NCBI GenBank assembly: GCA_002011125.2
Contig: MTMF02000009.1
Span: 160,001-224,000 of the forward strand
Source of the DNA: Candidatus Hydrothermarchaeum profundi
Lineage (GTDB): Archaea; Hydrothermarchaeota; Hydrothermarchaeia; Hydrothermarchaeales; Hydrothermarchaeaceae
Length of the DNA stretch: 64,000 bases
Direction: 5' to 3'
The notes under the pieces were generated by a model. The model was not told where the DNA came from. It searched no databases and was given only the letters and a program-made list of their open reading frames with translations. The translations under genes and the position numbers were made by a program. Numbering within the stretch: position 1 is the stretch's first letter; every line of letters begins with the position of its first letter. This document shows, piece after piece, positions 9,621-19,801 of this stretch.

Positions 9621-10532
9621 TTATGTTTCTTTAATTTTTTCAGTTAAATATATTTTGTTTCTTCTTCCATGCGGCTCTTTTCTAATAACTCCTCTTTTCT
9701 CTAACTCGGATAATATTTTGCTCACTTTAGCTTTTGAAAATCCGGTTTTCTTTTGAATATCTCTTTGATCTATTCCATCCTCCTCTATTATTAAGTTCAT
9801 TATCTTCTGTTCATCTTCCTTCAAAATATCAATCTTAGATTTAGCCCCTCTTCGCCTTTCCTTTATACGAGTATACAGGGAGACTGCCCCTCCTGTTAAA
9901 ACTATCAAAGCCACTAGCCCGTAGATATACTTCTCTTTCCCAACCCACCATGGTAGAAATAGTCTTTCGTATAAAACTATAACTTTAAATCCTCGGTAAA
10001 AAGTCGGGATAGGCTCTCTCAAATCCCAGCTAAGTATATGTCTCCTTCCATCAGAGACTATTTTGGTTGGACCTGGACTAGCCTCAACTAAACCGAAGCC
10101 CTCAGGAAGAGTGAGAGTCATATCAAAATTTACAACACTTGCTAGGAGAGAATAGCTCTCAGTTAAGATATAAGTATTTTCTTTCCTAGTTATAGCGCCT
10201 TCTCTCGTAAATTTATAAATGATCGTGAAATTCTCAGCTATCGGCAATGGTTTTGAAAAAAATACGGTAACATATGTATTGCCCCCTCGATAAGCAGATG
10301 AAAAGTTAAGCATATCCCCCCTAGCATCATAAACTGAAAGGCCTATCAAACTACCTGGAAAAGGATATGTAAATTCAGTAAGATCCTTACTATATGTATT
10401 TAAAAAAGTGATTGAAATACTCTCATACAGCGTCATTTCTTCAATCGAAGCATCAACGCTGTAGGAAACTATCTGTTGCGCCAACACAGGGCTTGCAATA
10501 AAACACAATAGCAAGATTATGAATTTAATCAT
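9621..10532 (-). CDS. Membrane-anchored winged-HTH regulator (signal peptide, extracellular beta domain, TM helix, cytoplasmic wHTH; COG2512-like)
   Basis: C-terminal QRDIQKKTGFSKAKVSKILSELEKRGVIRKEPHGRRNKI. Confidence 0.85.
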   Translation of the reverse strand: MIKFIILLLCFIASPVLAQQIVSYSVDASIEEMTLYESISITFLNTYSKDLTEFTYPFPGSLIGLSVYDARGDMLNFSSAYRGGNTYVTVFFSKPLPIAENFTIIYKFTREGAITRKENTYILTESYSLLASVVNFDMTLTLPEGFGLVEASPGPTKIVSDGRRHILSWDLREPIPTFYRGFKVIVLYERLFLPWWVGKEKYIYGLVALIVLTGGAVSLYTRIKERRRGAKSKIDILKEDEQKIMNLIIEEDGIDQRDIQKKTGFSKAKVSKILSELEKRGVIRKEPHGRRNKIYLTEKIKET

Positions 10533-10822
10533 TTCCCTACTAGTTTCTCCAATGCTTCTCTTCCTTTCATTCCCTTAAGAATTCCCAACTTCTCTGCCTC
10601 GGTTGTGACATCAGTTATCTCGCCATCAAGGATATCAACGAAATCAGAGACACCTTTTATCTTTGCAGCTACGTCTTTAAGCTTTTCAGCCGCCTTTATA
10701 TCCAAGTAGCCACACATTATAAAGCCCTTATCTCCTTTAATCATCAAGAAGGGGGCATTTGGGAGTTCAACTTTAATTCCCAAGGCTACACCATTCTTTA
10801 ATGAAATTTCTTTTATCTCCAC
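10529..10822 (-). CDS. YunC/DUF1805 family protein
   Basis: KGFIMCGYLD...AAKIKGV...LGILKGMKGREAL. Confidence 0.88.
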   Translation of the reverse strand: MEIKEISLKNGVALGIKVELPNAPFLMIKGDKGFIMCGYLDIKAAEKLKDVAAKIKGVSDFVDILDGEITDVTTEAEKLGILKGMKGREALEKLVGK

Positions 10823-10893
10823 GTTATACTACCCCCGATAAAATTTTGCCCCCAAGTTTATATTTTTTCTGGTAGATTCATAAAATTGAGAGT

Positions 10894-12651
10894 ATGCGCT
10901 ACTTACTCATCTTTGTTATCTTGTTGTATTTATTAAGCGATGTAGAAGTCACTGCCGGCAGTATTATGATTGTTAGTTGTAACCAAGACGAAGACATAGC
11001 CAAACTACTCTCCGAGTCACTACAGGCGCCCTACCTCATTATAGAATGCGGTAAGTTCACTCAGGAAGTTAAAAATGAAATAAGAAAAATTAATCCAGAG
11101 AGGCTAATCATAATCGGAGGGCGGTTCGCAGTACCTTATGATGCCGAAAAATTAGGAATCCGCTATGAGAGAATCGGAGGTAAAAACAGGATTGAAACGG
11201 CTCAAAACGTTCTAAACAGGTTTTTCAACTTTAGTATCCAAGAATCGTACATACTCCCTTCGACATCTGAAGTTCAAAACTTTTTGATAAACTCAAAAGC
11301 TTCAAAACTCCATGTCTTTATAGGGAATTCTTCTGTAAGTCACCGATGGGGAGCATATTATACAAAGAGATTAGAAGATTACTTTCAAACCATTATATCT
11401 CATGAAGAAAGCTCGCTTAATAGACCTGCATTACTAATAGGAAATACGGAGAATAATGGAATAATCAAGAATTACTGGAATATAACAGGACTACCAGAAG
11501 CTGCCTCGATGCTACCCCTCGTATATTTGAAAGATGACATTTTATTTATAACTGGAACAGACCAAAATATATTTTTTAACCAAAGAGCCTTCGAAAAAAT
11601 AGAACCCCGCGAATATAATATAAGAGAGTTGCTAGTTTTTTTCATTTTACTTGTAGGAATCCTAGCCTTCCTAACTTTTTTCTTAAAACAATATGAAAAG
11701 ATGCTCATAAGCGGGATAATCTTAGGATTTACCCTGTTTTATCTTTACTATATCCCTCCAAAAGGACAGTTAATCTGGGATAGTCTTTATCTATATTTTG
11801 ACGGAGCTATTTCTCTTTTATTCAATGGAAAATATGAAACTATACTTACCGGACGAGGCTTACCTGGAACAAGTTTCCTGACATATCTTTATTTTCTACT
11901 TTCAGGCCCTAGTGATATCAACGCCAATCTTCTGATACTCCTCTTGTCCATTTTTATCCTTTCAGCCACTTATATAATAACCTACAGAATGTTTGGTAGA
12001 AAGGCCGCAATAACAGCTTTAATTCTTCTTCTCTCTAATCCTCTTTTCAATAAGCAAACCCTTCTATATTCCTCCGATATTCCATTTACAGCCCTAACCC
12101 TAGCCACCATTCTAACGATTATTTTTAAAAGTAAGTATTCACCCCTAGCTTCAGGCATTTTTTTGGGATTTTCAATGCTTATAAGGCCCTCGGCAGCTAT
12201 TTTAATTCCACTACTCTTATACCACTATAAATCAGTTAAAGAAAAAATATCATTGCTGATTTCAATCCCCTTATTTATAGTAGGCATTCAAACACTCGGA
12301 GGTGTCTCAGGCTATCTAACAGAACTAACAGTAAAATCACCTATTATAACTGCCTACACTCTGGATTATATAAAATCATTCTTTCAGGAAACCGGCATAT
12401 TGGCAGCGCCCCTTCTCCTAATTGGAATGTATAAATATAGGAACATTCTATCACAATATACCCTCCTTCACCTAGTAGCTCTTTTATTTTGGGTTACATA
12501 CGATACCCGATATATATTACCTATAATACCTTTTGCAGCAATGCTTCAGAGTTCTATTTTCTCCCTTACCAAAACAAAGTTTCTAATAGTGCTGGTAATA
12601 GCAACTATTATACTTAACATAGCCGGACTAAAAATTATCTTTTTATCTTAA
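10894..12651 (+). CDS. Fusion of a cell-wall-binding-2-like domain and a GT-C (PMT/ArnT-like) membrane glycosyltransferase
   Basis: N-terminal IIIGGRFAV...ERIGGKNRIETA repeat motif; C-terminal multi-TM domain with WDS..Y, SSDIPF, IRPS and DTRYILP. Confidence 0.75.
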   Translation: MRYLLIFVILLYLLSDVEVTAGSIMIVSCNQDEDIAKLLSESLQAPYLIIECGKFTQEVKNEIRKINPERLIIIGGRFAVPYDAEKLGIRYERIGGKNRIETAQNVLNRFFNFSIQESYILPSTSEVQNFLINSKASKLHVFIGNSSVSHRWGAYYTKRLEDYFQTIISHEESSLNRPALLIGNTENNGIIKNYWNITGLPEAASMLPLVYLKDDILFITGTDQNIFFNQRAFEKIEPREYNIRELLVFFILLVGILAFLTFFLKQYEKMLISGIILGFTLFYLYYIPPKGQLIWDSLYLYFDGAISLLFNGKYETILTGRGLPGTSFLTYLYFLLSGPSDINANLLILLLSIFILSATYIITYRMFGRKAAITALILLLSNPLFNKQTLLYSSDIPFTALTLATILTIIFKSKYSPLASGIFLGFSMLIRPSAAILIPLLLYHYKSVKEKISLLISIPLFIVGIQTLGGVSGYLTELTVKSPIITAYTLDYIKSFFQETGILAAPLLLIGMYKYRNILSQYTLLHLVALLFWVTYDTRYILPIIPFAAMLQSSIFSLTKTKFLIVLVIATIILNIAGLKIIFLS

Positions 12652-12653
12652 AA

Positions 12654-13538
12654 CTACTCTAAAAGCTTCCTAAGATGAAAATGAACCTTCCCTAAAGTCC
12701 CGCCGTAATTGCCCGCCGTAATTTTTTTAACTCCATCAACTTCTGCGGCTGCCTTTATACCTTGCTTCATTGCTTCGCCTACTTTTTCCTCGGATATTCC
12801 ATCTATCACTATCTCTAATACTGCCCCAATTCCCTTAACTTTGCTGTCCTTTACTTTATCTGCGATAGTTGGACAGTATTTATCATTAGTAGACGCTATC
12901 ATAAACTTATATTTTGACCCGACTTTAGAGCCTGCTGCGCATACGCCTCCAGGGAATGGAGTTATAACCCCCTCTACTCCCTCTATAACACAAACAGCCT
13001 CCTCAGCTGCTCTTAGCGCAGATTTTTGATCTTTAGCTAGGATTATAAAATTACCGCCTGCAACGCCTTTAGCGATTCCAAGCTCTTTTTCAATAAGAAA
13101 ATCCCCCATCATAATGGGTATAGAAACCATCTCCCTACCCCCCACGCTCGTAGTGCTCTCATATCCGTCCCCAAAAAATCTCATCTTATATCCAACATCC
13201 AACTTCTCATCACTATCACAGTAATTGAAAACAGCTGCAGTCGGCGAAGTTAGTATGCATTGACCAATCCTTCCAATAAGTTCTTTAGTCATCTTTTTCT
13301 TAGATGCCCAAATCTGAATTACACAGCCAGGTCTACCGTCTGGAGTGCTCTCCGAGGGCAACATCCCCTCAATACCCGTCTCCGCAGAACATTCTATTAA
13401 AGAAGTTCCATAACCAACTGCCTCAGTAGCTGCGATTCTTGCCCATTTTTCATTTACAGCTGTTATCAAAATCCTAGAATAAAACCCAGTAAAAGCTTCC
13501 GCATACGTATCCTCAATCTCTACGCCATTTAATTTCAT
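12654..13538 (-). CDS. ftr: Formylmethanofuran:H4MPT formyltransferase
   Basis: IEDTYAEAF, TPDGRPG, RIGQCILT, GVAGGNF, GSKVGS, AGNYGG. Confidence 0.97.
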   Translation of the reverse strand: MKLNGVEIEDTYAEAFTGFYSRILITAVNEKWARIAATEAVGYGTSLIECSAETGIEGMLPSESTPDGRPGCVIQIWASKKKMTKELIGRIGQCILTSPTAAVFNYCDSDEKLDVGYKMRFFGDGYESTTSVGGREMVSIPIMMGDFLIEKELGIAKGVAGGNFIILAKDQKSALRAAEEAVCVIEGVEGVITPFPGGVCAAGSKVGSKYKFMIASTNDKYCPTIADKVKDSKVKGIGAVLEIVIDGISEEKVGEAMKQGIKAAAEVDGVKKITAGNYGGTLGKVHFHLRKLLE

Positions 13539-13562
13539 ACAGTAGAAGAAAATAGAAATACC

Positions 13563-14546
13563 TTAAAAAATCTTTCGTATGCCAAAAGTCTTTTCCCATC
13601 TTTCATCGACTTCAGCCTGTATTTTATTAATCAACTCATCGCTTAGATGCCTAAACCTCTTCTGCATCTTCAAATAATCCCTCACAGGCTTTTTAACTGT
13701 AGGCGTATAAGTTACCCTCATCTCTCCCTTCTCGACTTCATATAATAACCACATACCACAGTCTACCGCAAGACGAGCTACTTCAATACTTTTCTCCGAA
13801 GGAATACCCCACCCAGGAGTACATGGTGCAAGAACGTGAATATAAGCGGGCCCATCTATCGCTACAGCCTTTTTAACCTTCTCCATATAATCTAGAGGAA
13901 AAGCCACAGAGGCTGTCGCTACATAATCCACTCCATGAGCAACCATGATCGAAGGCATATCTTTCTTGGGTCTTTTATTTCCAAAAGATACCTTCCCAGC
14001 CGGAGAGGTTGTTGTTACCGCTCCAAAAGGCGTAGAACCGCTCCTCTGAATACCTGTATTCATATATGCCTCATTGTCATAGCAAATATAAGTCATATTA
14101 TGCCCCCTTTCCATAGCGCCACTAAGTGCTTGAAAACCTATATCAACGGTCCCCCCATCTCCACCAAAAGCTATGACATTAACCCCTTCCTTCTTCCCTA
14201 AAGCTTTCAAGGCAGCCTCAATACCACTTGCAACTGCTGCAGAGTTCTCGAATGCAACATGAATCCAAGGTATCTTCCACGCAGTTTGAGGATAGGGACT
14301 GGAGACTACTTCCATACATCCTGTGCACTGGGAAGCTACAGTATTAGCGCCGCTTGCTTTCAAAGCAAGCCGGAGAGCTATGGTGCCTCCACAGCCAGCG
14401 CAGGCTCTATGTCCGTAGGAAAACAGCTCCTCTTCGGATACTTCTTTTATATTCTGAGAAAACTTCCAACATCTATTGCTATACAAGTTTGCTCTGCAAA
14501 CGTGCCTACATTTTACATAAGCCGGGATATCTTCAACTATCTTCAT
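13563..14546 (-). CDS. porB: Pyruvate:ferredoxin oxidoreductase beta subunit with an N-terminal extension
   Basis: [33 protein letters not shown]; the start overlaps the porA stop (ATGA). Confidence 0.93.
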   Translation of the reverse strand: MKIVEDIPAYVKCRHVCRANLYSNRCWKFSQNIKEVSEEELFSYGHRACAGCGGTIALRLALKASGANTVASQCTGCMEVVSSPYPQTAWKIPWIHVAFENSAAVASGIEAALKALGKKEGVNVIAFGGDGGTVDIGFQALSGAMERGHNMTYICYDNEAYMNTGIQRSGSTPFGAVTTTSPAGKVSFGNKRPKKDMPSIMVAHGVDYVATASVAFPLDYMEKVKKAVAIDGPAYIHVLAPCTPGWGIPSEKSIEVARLAVDCGMWLLYEVEKGEMRVTYTPTVKKPVRDYLKMQKRFRHLSDELINKIQAEVDERWEKTFGIRKIF

Positions 14547-15706
14547 TCTTTCAACCCAATCCAATGCACTTCGTCAATATCTTCTTTAATCGCTTTTTTA
14601 CAGATTGAAATAATTTCCCTCACATTGTCCATAGAAATATCTCTGCCACCTAATCCTCCTACAAAGCCTAATAATTTAGGCCTATAGCTAGAGGGATACA
14701 GTGAAGCCTTAATCTCTGAGAAGAGCGCGCCTTCCCCAAGTCCTATAACTATATCTTTCTCTAATACGCCAACTACTTTAGCGTCCTTTAAAGCTTTTAA
14801 GACCTCTTCTTTTGGGAAAGGTCTGAAGACCCTAATCTTCAAGAGCCCCACTTTTTCATCTAAAGAATCGATTACCTCTTTAATCGTGCCTGCCACAGAG
14901 CCCATAGTAACAAGTAAAACTTCTGCATCGTCCGTATTGTACTCCTCAACAATGCCATAGCTCCTACCGGTAAGCTCGCCAAATTCTTCATCAACCCTCC
15001 TTATTACCTCAAAAGCCCTTTTCATAGCTTTTTCCTGCTCTATTCGGAATTCCATATAAGTTTCAGGATCTGCAAAAGCGCCTTGAGTCATAGGGTCAGA
15101 AGGGTCAAGATAAACCTGTGGCTCGTAAGGAGGTAAAAACTTCTCTACTTCTTCTTTATCTGGGATCTCTACTGGCTCAATTGTATGGGTTAGAACGAAT
15201 CCATCTAAGTTTACCATGACCGGAAGTAAGATATTTTTATCTTCAGCAATCTTATAGGCCTGCACAGTAGTATCCAACGCCTCCTGATTTGTCTCTACGT
15301 ACAATTGAATCCAACCAGTATCCCTCTCGGATATTGAGTCCTGCTGATCATTCCAAATGTTAATAGGGGCTGATAAGGCTCTATTGGCGTTAGCCATTAC
15401 GATAGGAAGCCTCATACCAGAGGCTATGAAAAGTACTTCATGCATTAGGGCCAGGCCTTGAGAAGAGGTAGCTGTAAAAACCCGGGCCCCGGTAGCACTA
15501 GCGCCAATACATGCACTCATCGCCGAATGCTCTGATTCAACCATTATATACTCCGCATTTAGTTCACCGTTTGCTATAAGTTCCGCTAGGTCTTCTACTA
15601 TATGCGTCTGAGGGGTAATAGGATATGCAGCAATAACTTGGACATCGCAAAGCCTTGCAGCTTCCGCAACACATCTACTTCCGTGGAGAACATCTCTAAC
15701 AGGCAT
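14543..15706 (-). CDS. porA: Pyruvate:ferredoxin oxidoreductase alpha subunit
   Basis: [22 protein letters not shown]; the start overlaps the porD stop. Confidence 0.95.
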   Translation of the reverse strand: MPVRDVLHGSRCVAEAARLCDVQVIAAYPITPQTHIVEDLAELIANGELNAEYIMVESEHSAMSACIGASATGARVFTATSSQGLALMHEVLFIASGMRLPIVMANANRALSAPINIWNDQQDSISERDTGWIQLYVETNQEALDTTVQAYKIAEDKNILLPVMVNLDGFVLTHTIEPVEIPDKEEVEKFLPPYEPQVYLDPSDPMTQGAFADPETYMEFRIEQEKAMKRAFEVIRRVDEEFGELTGRSYGIVEEYNTDDAEVLLVTMGSVAGTIKEVIDSLDEKVGLLKIRVFRPFPKEEVLKALKDAKVVGVLEKDIVIGLGEGALFSEIKASLYPSSYRPKLLGFVGGLGGRDISMDNVREIISICKKAIKEDIDEVHWIGLKE

Positions 15707-15963
15707 TACTTCTCCTCCAATACCATTTTTATAGCCTCTGTAGGGCATTCATTTGCACAGATACCACACCCCTTACAATAATCATAATTGAAGCTGTACT
15801 CTCCATCTTTTCTTATTACAGACATATCAGGACAAAATATCCAACAACTTCCACAGTCTATACACTTCTCCATATCAATTACAGGCTTAAAAGTCCTCCA
15901 TCCACCTGTTTTAAGGTTCTTTGTACTGCCAATATCTTTTACATGCCCGCCAATAGGTCTCAT
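15706..15963 (-). CDS. porD: Pyruvate:ferredoxin oxidoreductase delta subunit (2x[4Fe-4S])
   Basis: [35 protein letters not shown]. Confidence 0.95.
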   Translation of the reverse strand: MRPIGGHVKDIGSTKNLKTGGWRTFKPVIDMEKCIDCGSCWIFCPDMSVIRKDGEYSFNYDYCKGCGICANECPTEAIKMVLEEK

Positions 15964-16505
15964 ACCGACCCTCCAGCAACTTCATAAGCTACCTCTACAG
16001 CTTTAGAATTCTTAGTAGCTAGTTTTTCAGGGAACCTCTTAACTACGGCTCTTTTTAATGAATCTAAGGTTACCTCCCCCGTAATCGCTGCAAATGCACC
16101 AAGCATAGCTGTATTCACTATTGGAACCCCCAGCACATCTAAAGCTATCTTAGTTGCATTTATCGTGTAAACCTCCGCACTAGTATTCAGATTAATTTCG
16201 CCAGGCTTCTTCTCTGTGTTGACTATAGCTTTCCCATTATTGCTCAGACCTTCTGCTACATTTATAACTTCTAATAAAGTAGGGTCTTGAACTACGATGT
16301 AATCCGGCTTATATATTTGGTTCCTTCTTCTTATAAAGTGGTCATCTATTCTTGCGAAAGCGGTTACTGGCGCGCCTCTTCTTTCAACGCCAAAAAAAGG
16401 GAATGCCTGTGAATACTTTCCATCATAAAATGCAGCTATTGCTAGTATTTCCGCCGCAGTAACTGCTCCTTGACCACCTCGTCCGTGAAACCTTATTTCT
16501 TTCAT
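15960..16505 (-). CDS. porC: Pyruvate:ferredoxin oxidoreductase gamma subunit
   Basis: [33 protein letters not shown]. Confidence 0.95.
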   Translation of the reverse strand: MKEIRFHGRGGQGAVTAAEILAIAAFYDGKYSQAFPFFGVERRGAPVTAFARIDDHFIRRRNQIYKPDYIVVQDPTLLEVINVAEGLSNNGKAIVNTEKKPGEINLNTSAEVYTINATKIALDVLGVPIVNTAMLGAFAAITGEVTLDSLKRAVVKRFPEKLATKNSKAVEVAYEVAGGSV

Positions 16506-17632
16506 TCTTTATACCTCAGTTTCGGAATTGATGTTGAGTGAGAATAAATTGTTCCACTATGTCTCTTTAAATCATTGGCTACCGTTGAAACATAAGGAGT
16601 TGGTTTCCAAGGCTCAGGTCCCTTCCCAACAGAAATTACTTCGTCTATAATCCCTTTATCCAATGCGTATGTTAACAAAGCCGTAACCACACCGCCATCC
16701 TGGCCTTTTTCATGTATATGCGTATCCGCGGCCCTTGCAGCATAGATATTTAAACACTTACCAATTCCTTGAACTAATTTTGTTCCATTAAAAATCATCT
16801 CCTCAAACAGAAGCTGAGGGAGAGATGTTCTGGGACAAGCAAGATAACATTCAAAACATTTTTCTTTTGAACACTCATTAGATAACTCGGGTCTTTGGTC
16901 AATTACTTTTACGCAATGATCAGGACATACCGCTTCACATGCACCACAGGATATACATGCACCAGCATCAATTACATCACGCTCCAAAGCGAAGAAGTCT
17001 TTGCCCTCCGCCGCTTTTTTTATCTTCTCCAAGTTTTTTTCTCCTAATGTCTTAATATGAAGCGGCGTTATTCCTATTTTGTTTCTCCGATTGGCCTCGG
17101 CGAGATTCTCTTTTTTCTTCTCATCAGCGATTTTTCTGATTAGAGATACCCCTGGCTTGACTTCCTCGATAGGCTTCAACTCGATATATCCCTCTTTCGC
17201 AGCCTTATCAACTAACTCTTGTCCTTTTTTAGATCTAGTTATCACAGTACTCCATTTCGGGGGGGTTCCAACGGCTCCAATCGAAACATCCGCTAACTCC
17301 GCAGTAAAATCTATACAAACCTGACAGCCTATCCTGACATATGGCTTAGATTTCTCTAACGGAATTTCTCTCTTTTCTCCATTTATGTAGGCAATTATGT
17401 TTTTCTTTTTAATATCAAATTTATCCACATCATTGAGCTTAACACCGAAATCGTCCTCTACAAGAGCTCTAAAACATGTATACGCCCAGTTTTCTCTGCA
17501 GAATAAGCCGATTTGTAGATTTAGATTTTTTTTCCACTCTTGATCTACTAATGCTTCGATTTTTCTTAGAGCTTCTATATCACAGGGGAGTCCTACGAAA
17601 GCAGTTTTCATTTGATCTACCTCGATTGTCAT
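16502..17632 (-). CDS. FrhB/FpoF-family F420-binding flavo-Fe-S protein with circularly permuted domain order (FrhB_C, ferredoxin, FrhB_N)
   Basis: Begins with AFVGLPC...IGLFC...[17 protein letters not shown], then [12 protein letters not shown] and CFECYLACP, and ends with [11 protein letters not shown]...WKP...SGTIYS. Confidence 0.85.
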   Translation of the reverse strand: MTIEVDQMKTAFVGLPCDIEALRKIEALVDQEWKKNLNLQIGLFCRENWAYTCFRALVEDDFGVKLNDVDKFDIKKKNIIAYINGEKREIPLEKSKPYVRIGCQVCIDFTAELADVSIGAVGTPPKWSTVITRSKKGQELVDKAAKEGYIELKPIEEVKPGVSLIRKIADEKKKENLAEANRRNKIGITPLHIKTLGEKNLEKIKKAAEGKDFFALERDVIDAGACISCGACEAVCPDHCVKVIDQRPELSNECSKEKCFECYLACPRTSLPQLLFEEMIFNGTKLVQGIGKCLNIYAARAADTHIHEKGQDGGVVTALLTYALDKGIIDEVISVGKGPEPWKPTPYVSTVANDLKRHSGTIYSHSTSIPKLRYKE

Positions 17633-17662
17633 AATTGATAATGCTAATTTATAAAAAGATTT

Positions 17663-18622
17663 CTAAAAATCTACTTCAATGCCCAGAAAGTCTCTTCTAC
17701 CTCTTAAAATATCCCTTGCAATTTCAGCGCTACCCATCGCAGCAGCATAGCCATTAATTCTATAAACTGGAGCAAACTTACTTAAAGTCTCTTTCAAAGG
17801 AATAAAAACCGAATCTTTGAATCCTGCAGAACCCGTTATAACAAATGCGTCCGGTGCTACCTCAGAAAGAAACCCAAATATCTCCATTTTTACGCTCATA
17901 ATTAATGATTTCAAACTTAATTCAGCTCTGCCTTCCCCTCTTAAGATTTCATTTGGCGATAATCGTGAAATTTTAATAGCCCCAGAAGAATAAAAAGCTT
18001 CATTCGCCGTTATCTCGCCGTTATCAATTCTTCTTATTGCCTCAAGATCCAAAGGCCCATGCTCAAGACCTATAGCCCCTATACATGCATCCATAGCCCC
18101 AAAAAAACGTCCATCTTTTATAACAATAGTTACTGTGTTAGAACTAATATCCGAAATAATCAAGTTCCTAGCATCTAAGTCCTTATTCGCCCTTAAATAT
18201 GCATGATAACTTAAACTTACTTTCTCAGAACTGGCACAATGCGAGTAAAGAGCCCGAAATCTCTCATCTAACACTTCTAACCCTCTATGTAACCCAGGAA
18301 TAACTACCGCCCTGAGACCTGAATTAGCTATTTCATCATATACCCTCGTGCCACCACCTATGTATTTTCCAACTTTCTTTTCAAGAACCCCCCGATTCTT
18401 AACCTTCCGAATATCAGTTATTTTAGTTATAGCGTCCCCCATCGAATATGTTATCCCAACTAATTCTATATCTTTTAAAGAGAAATGCTTCTCGATTTCT
18501 TTTAAAATAGAAACATTAAGAACCTCTTCTCTACGAAGTTCAAACATTATATTGTCTGGTATAATGCAAAATCTTACTGCTTGCGTACCATGATCCACGC
18601 CTAGTGTGGCTAATACATTCAC
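17663..18622 (-). CDS. Methanogenesis marker protein 12 (UPF0285, ASKHA-type kinase fold)
   Basis: GVDHGT, YSMGD, GGGTRVYDEI, IPGLHR, YSHCAS.EK and SDISSNTVT motifs. Confidence 0.85.
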   Translation of the reverse strand: MNVLATLGVDHGTQAVRFCIIPDNIMFELRREEVLNVSILKEIEKHFSLKDIELVGITYSMGDAITKITDIRKVKNRGVLEKKVGKYIGGGTRVYDEIANSGLRAVVIPGLHRGLEVLDERFRALYSHCASSEKVSLSYHAYLRANKDLDARNLIISDISSNTVTIVIKDGRFFGAMDACIGAIGLEHGPLDLEAIRRIDNGEITANEAFYSSGAIKISRLSPNEILRGEGRAELSLKSLIMSVKMEIFGFLSEVAPDAFVITGSAGFKDSVFIPLKETLSKFAPVYRINGYAAAMGSAEIARDILRGRRDFLGIEVDF

Positions 18623-18624
18623 CC

Positions 18625-18894
18625 CTACTTCTCAAGCGTAATTTCAATCGTCGACAGTCGGATAGGTGTACCCTCTTCACCAGTAATCTCTTCTGTGCCT
18701 ATTTGAATATCCTTAACCTTGACTTCCGGCATAAACCGATTTCTAACTATTTCCACTACATCTACTGCACGGCTTATCGCCTTACCTCTAGCCTTGACTA
18801 CCACTTGATTAGCGTTGTTAAACTGAGTAACCACTGAAAGAACGTAGCTCATTACCATTTTGTTACCTATGTAAACAACATTTTCGTCTGCCAT
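18625..18894 (-). CDS. albA: DNA/RNA-binding protein Alba
   Basis: [25 protein letters not shown]. Confidence 0.95.
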   Translation of the reverse strand: MADENVVYIGNKMVMSYVLSVVTQFNNANQVVVKARGKAISRAVDVVEIVRNRFMPEVKVKDIQIGTEEITGEEGTPIRLSTIEITLEK

Positions 18895-18990
18895 AACCAA
18901 CAATTTCTTATTGAGTTATATAAATCTGATGGGAATTACATACCACTCTCCAAAATTTATTTATGGAAGAAATTGCAAAACCCGGCTTGA

Positions 18991-19419
18991 GTGGTTAGTA
19001 TGACAGTGAAAGAAATAATGCATGGGATTACCCTTGTAGAACCCGGCACGTCTATCAGAGAGATCGGCCGAATAATGAGGGACAAAAATATAGGTTCGGT
19101 ACTAATAAAGGTAGATCCTCTACATTGGGGAATAGTAACCGAACGAGATATAGTAACCAAAGTGGTAGCTAAAGGATTAGACCCTAGAGATGTTAAAGCC
19201 TCTGACATTATGACTGAACTCAGGTATACCATAGATGCTGGTGCTAGTGTACAAAAAGCGAGCGAGATTTTTAATTTACACCATATTAGAAGGTTACCTG
19301 TAATGGAAGACGGAGAAATCATAGGAATGATAACAGCAAGAGATGTGGCAAAATACTGTGCCTTTAAGTCATTAAAATATAAAAGAGAATATGGCAGAGG
19401 TTCCTCTAGCCTTAGGTGA
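18991..19419 (+). CDS. CBS-domain pair protein
   Basis: GIVTERDI, IRRLPV, GMITARD. Confidence 0.92.
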   Translation: MVSMTVKEIMHGITLVEPGTSIREIGRIMRDKNIGSVLIKVDPLHWGIVTERDIVTKVVAKGLDPRDVKASDIMTELRYTIDAGASVQKASEIFNLHHIRRLPVMEDGEIIGMITARDVAKYCAFKSLKYKREYGRGSSSLR

Positions 19420-19790
19420 TCGTCATGAAAATGCGGATAAGAGACTTGGTAAATAAAGCATTTGAAGTTTCAGCGGAAGTAAGGCCTACAGAAGTAAAAA
19501 GAGTAGTCTATAGCCTCATTTCCGCTGAAAACAAAGAAGTAAAAAAAAGCCAGACTATCTTATTAGAGGTAAATCCTGTAGATGTACCCCCCTACGGTCT
19601 GATCATCGTAGGAGGATATGCAAGACATCCTCTCGGCAATGTTATTACTGTGCTGGAAGATAAACCTAGGTTAATCGAGCAGCCTAGAAAGATTACAAAA
19701 GCGGCCTTCCATGCATGGGAAGATGGAAAAGTAGAAAAAGGAGAGGTAGTGGGTGTAGTTGATATGATGCTGACTAAGGTTGTAAGGTGA
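19416..19790 (+). CDS. DUF22-like protein
   Basis: YARHPLG.V..V...PR.IE..R.I..A.F....DG.VEKGEV.GV pattern. Confidence 0.65.
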   Translation: MIVMKMRIRDLVNKAFEVSAEVRPTEVKRVVYSLISAENKEVKKSQTILLEVNPVDVPPYGLIIVGGYARHPLGNVITVLEDKPRLIEQPRKITKAAFHAWEDGKVEKGEVVGVVDMMLTKVVR

Positions 19791-19801
19791 GGTTTTGATA
19801 G

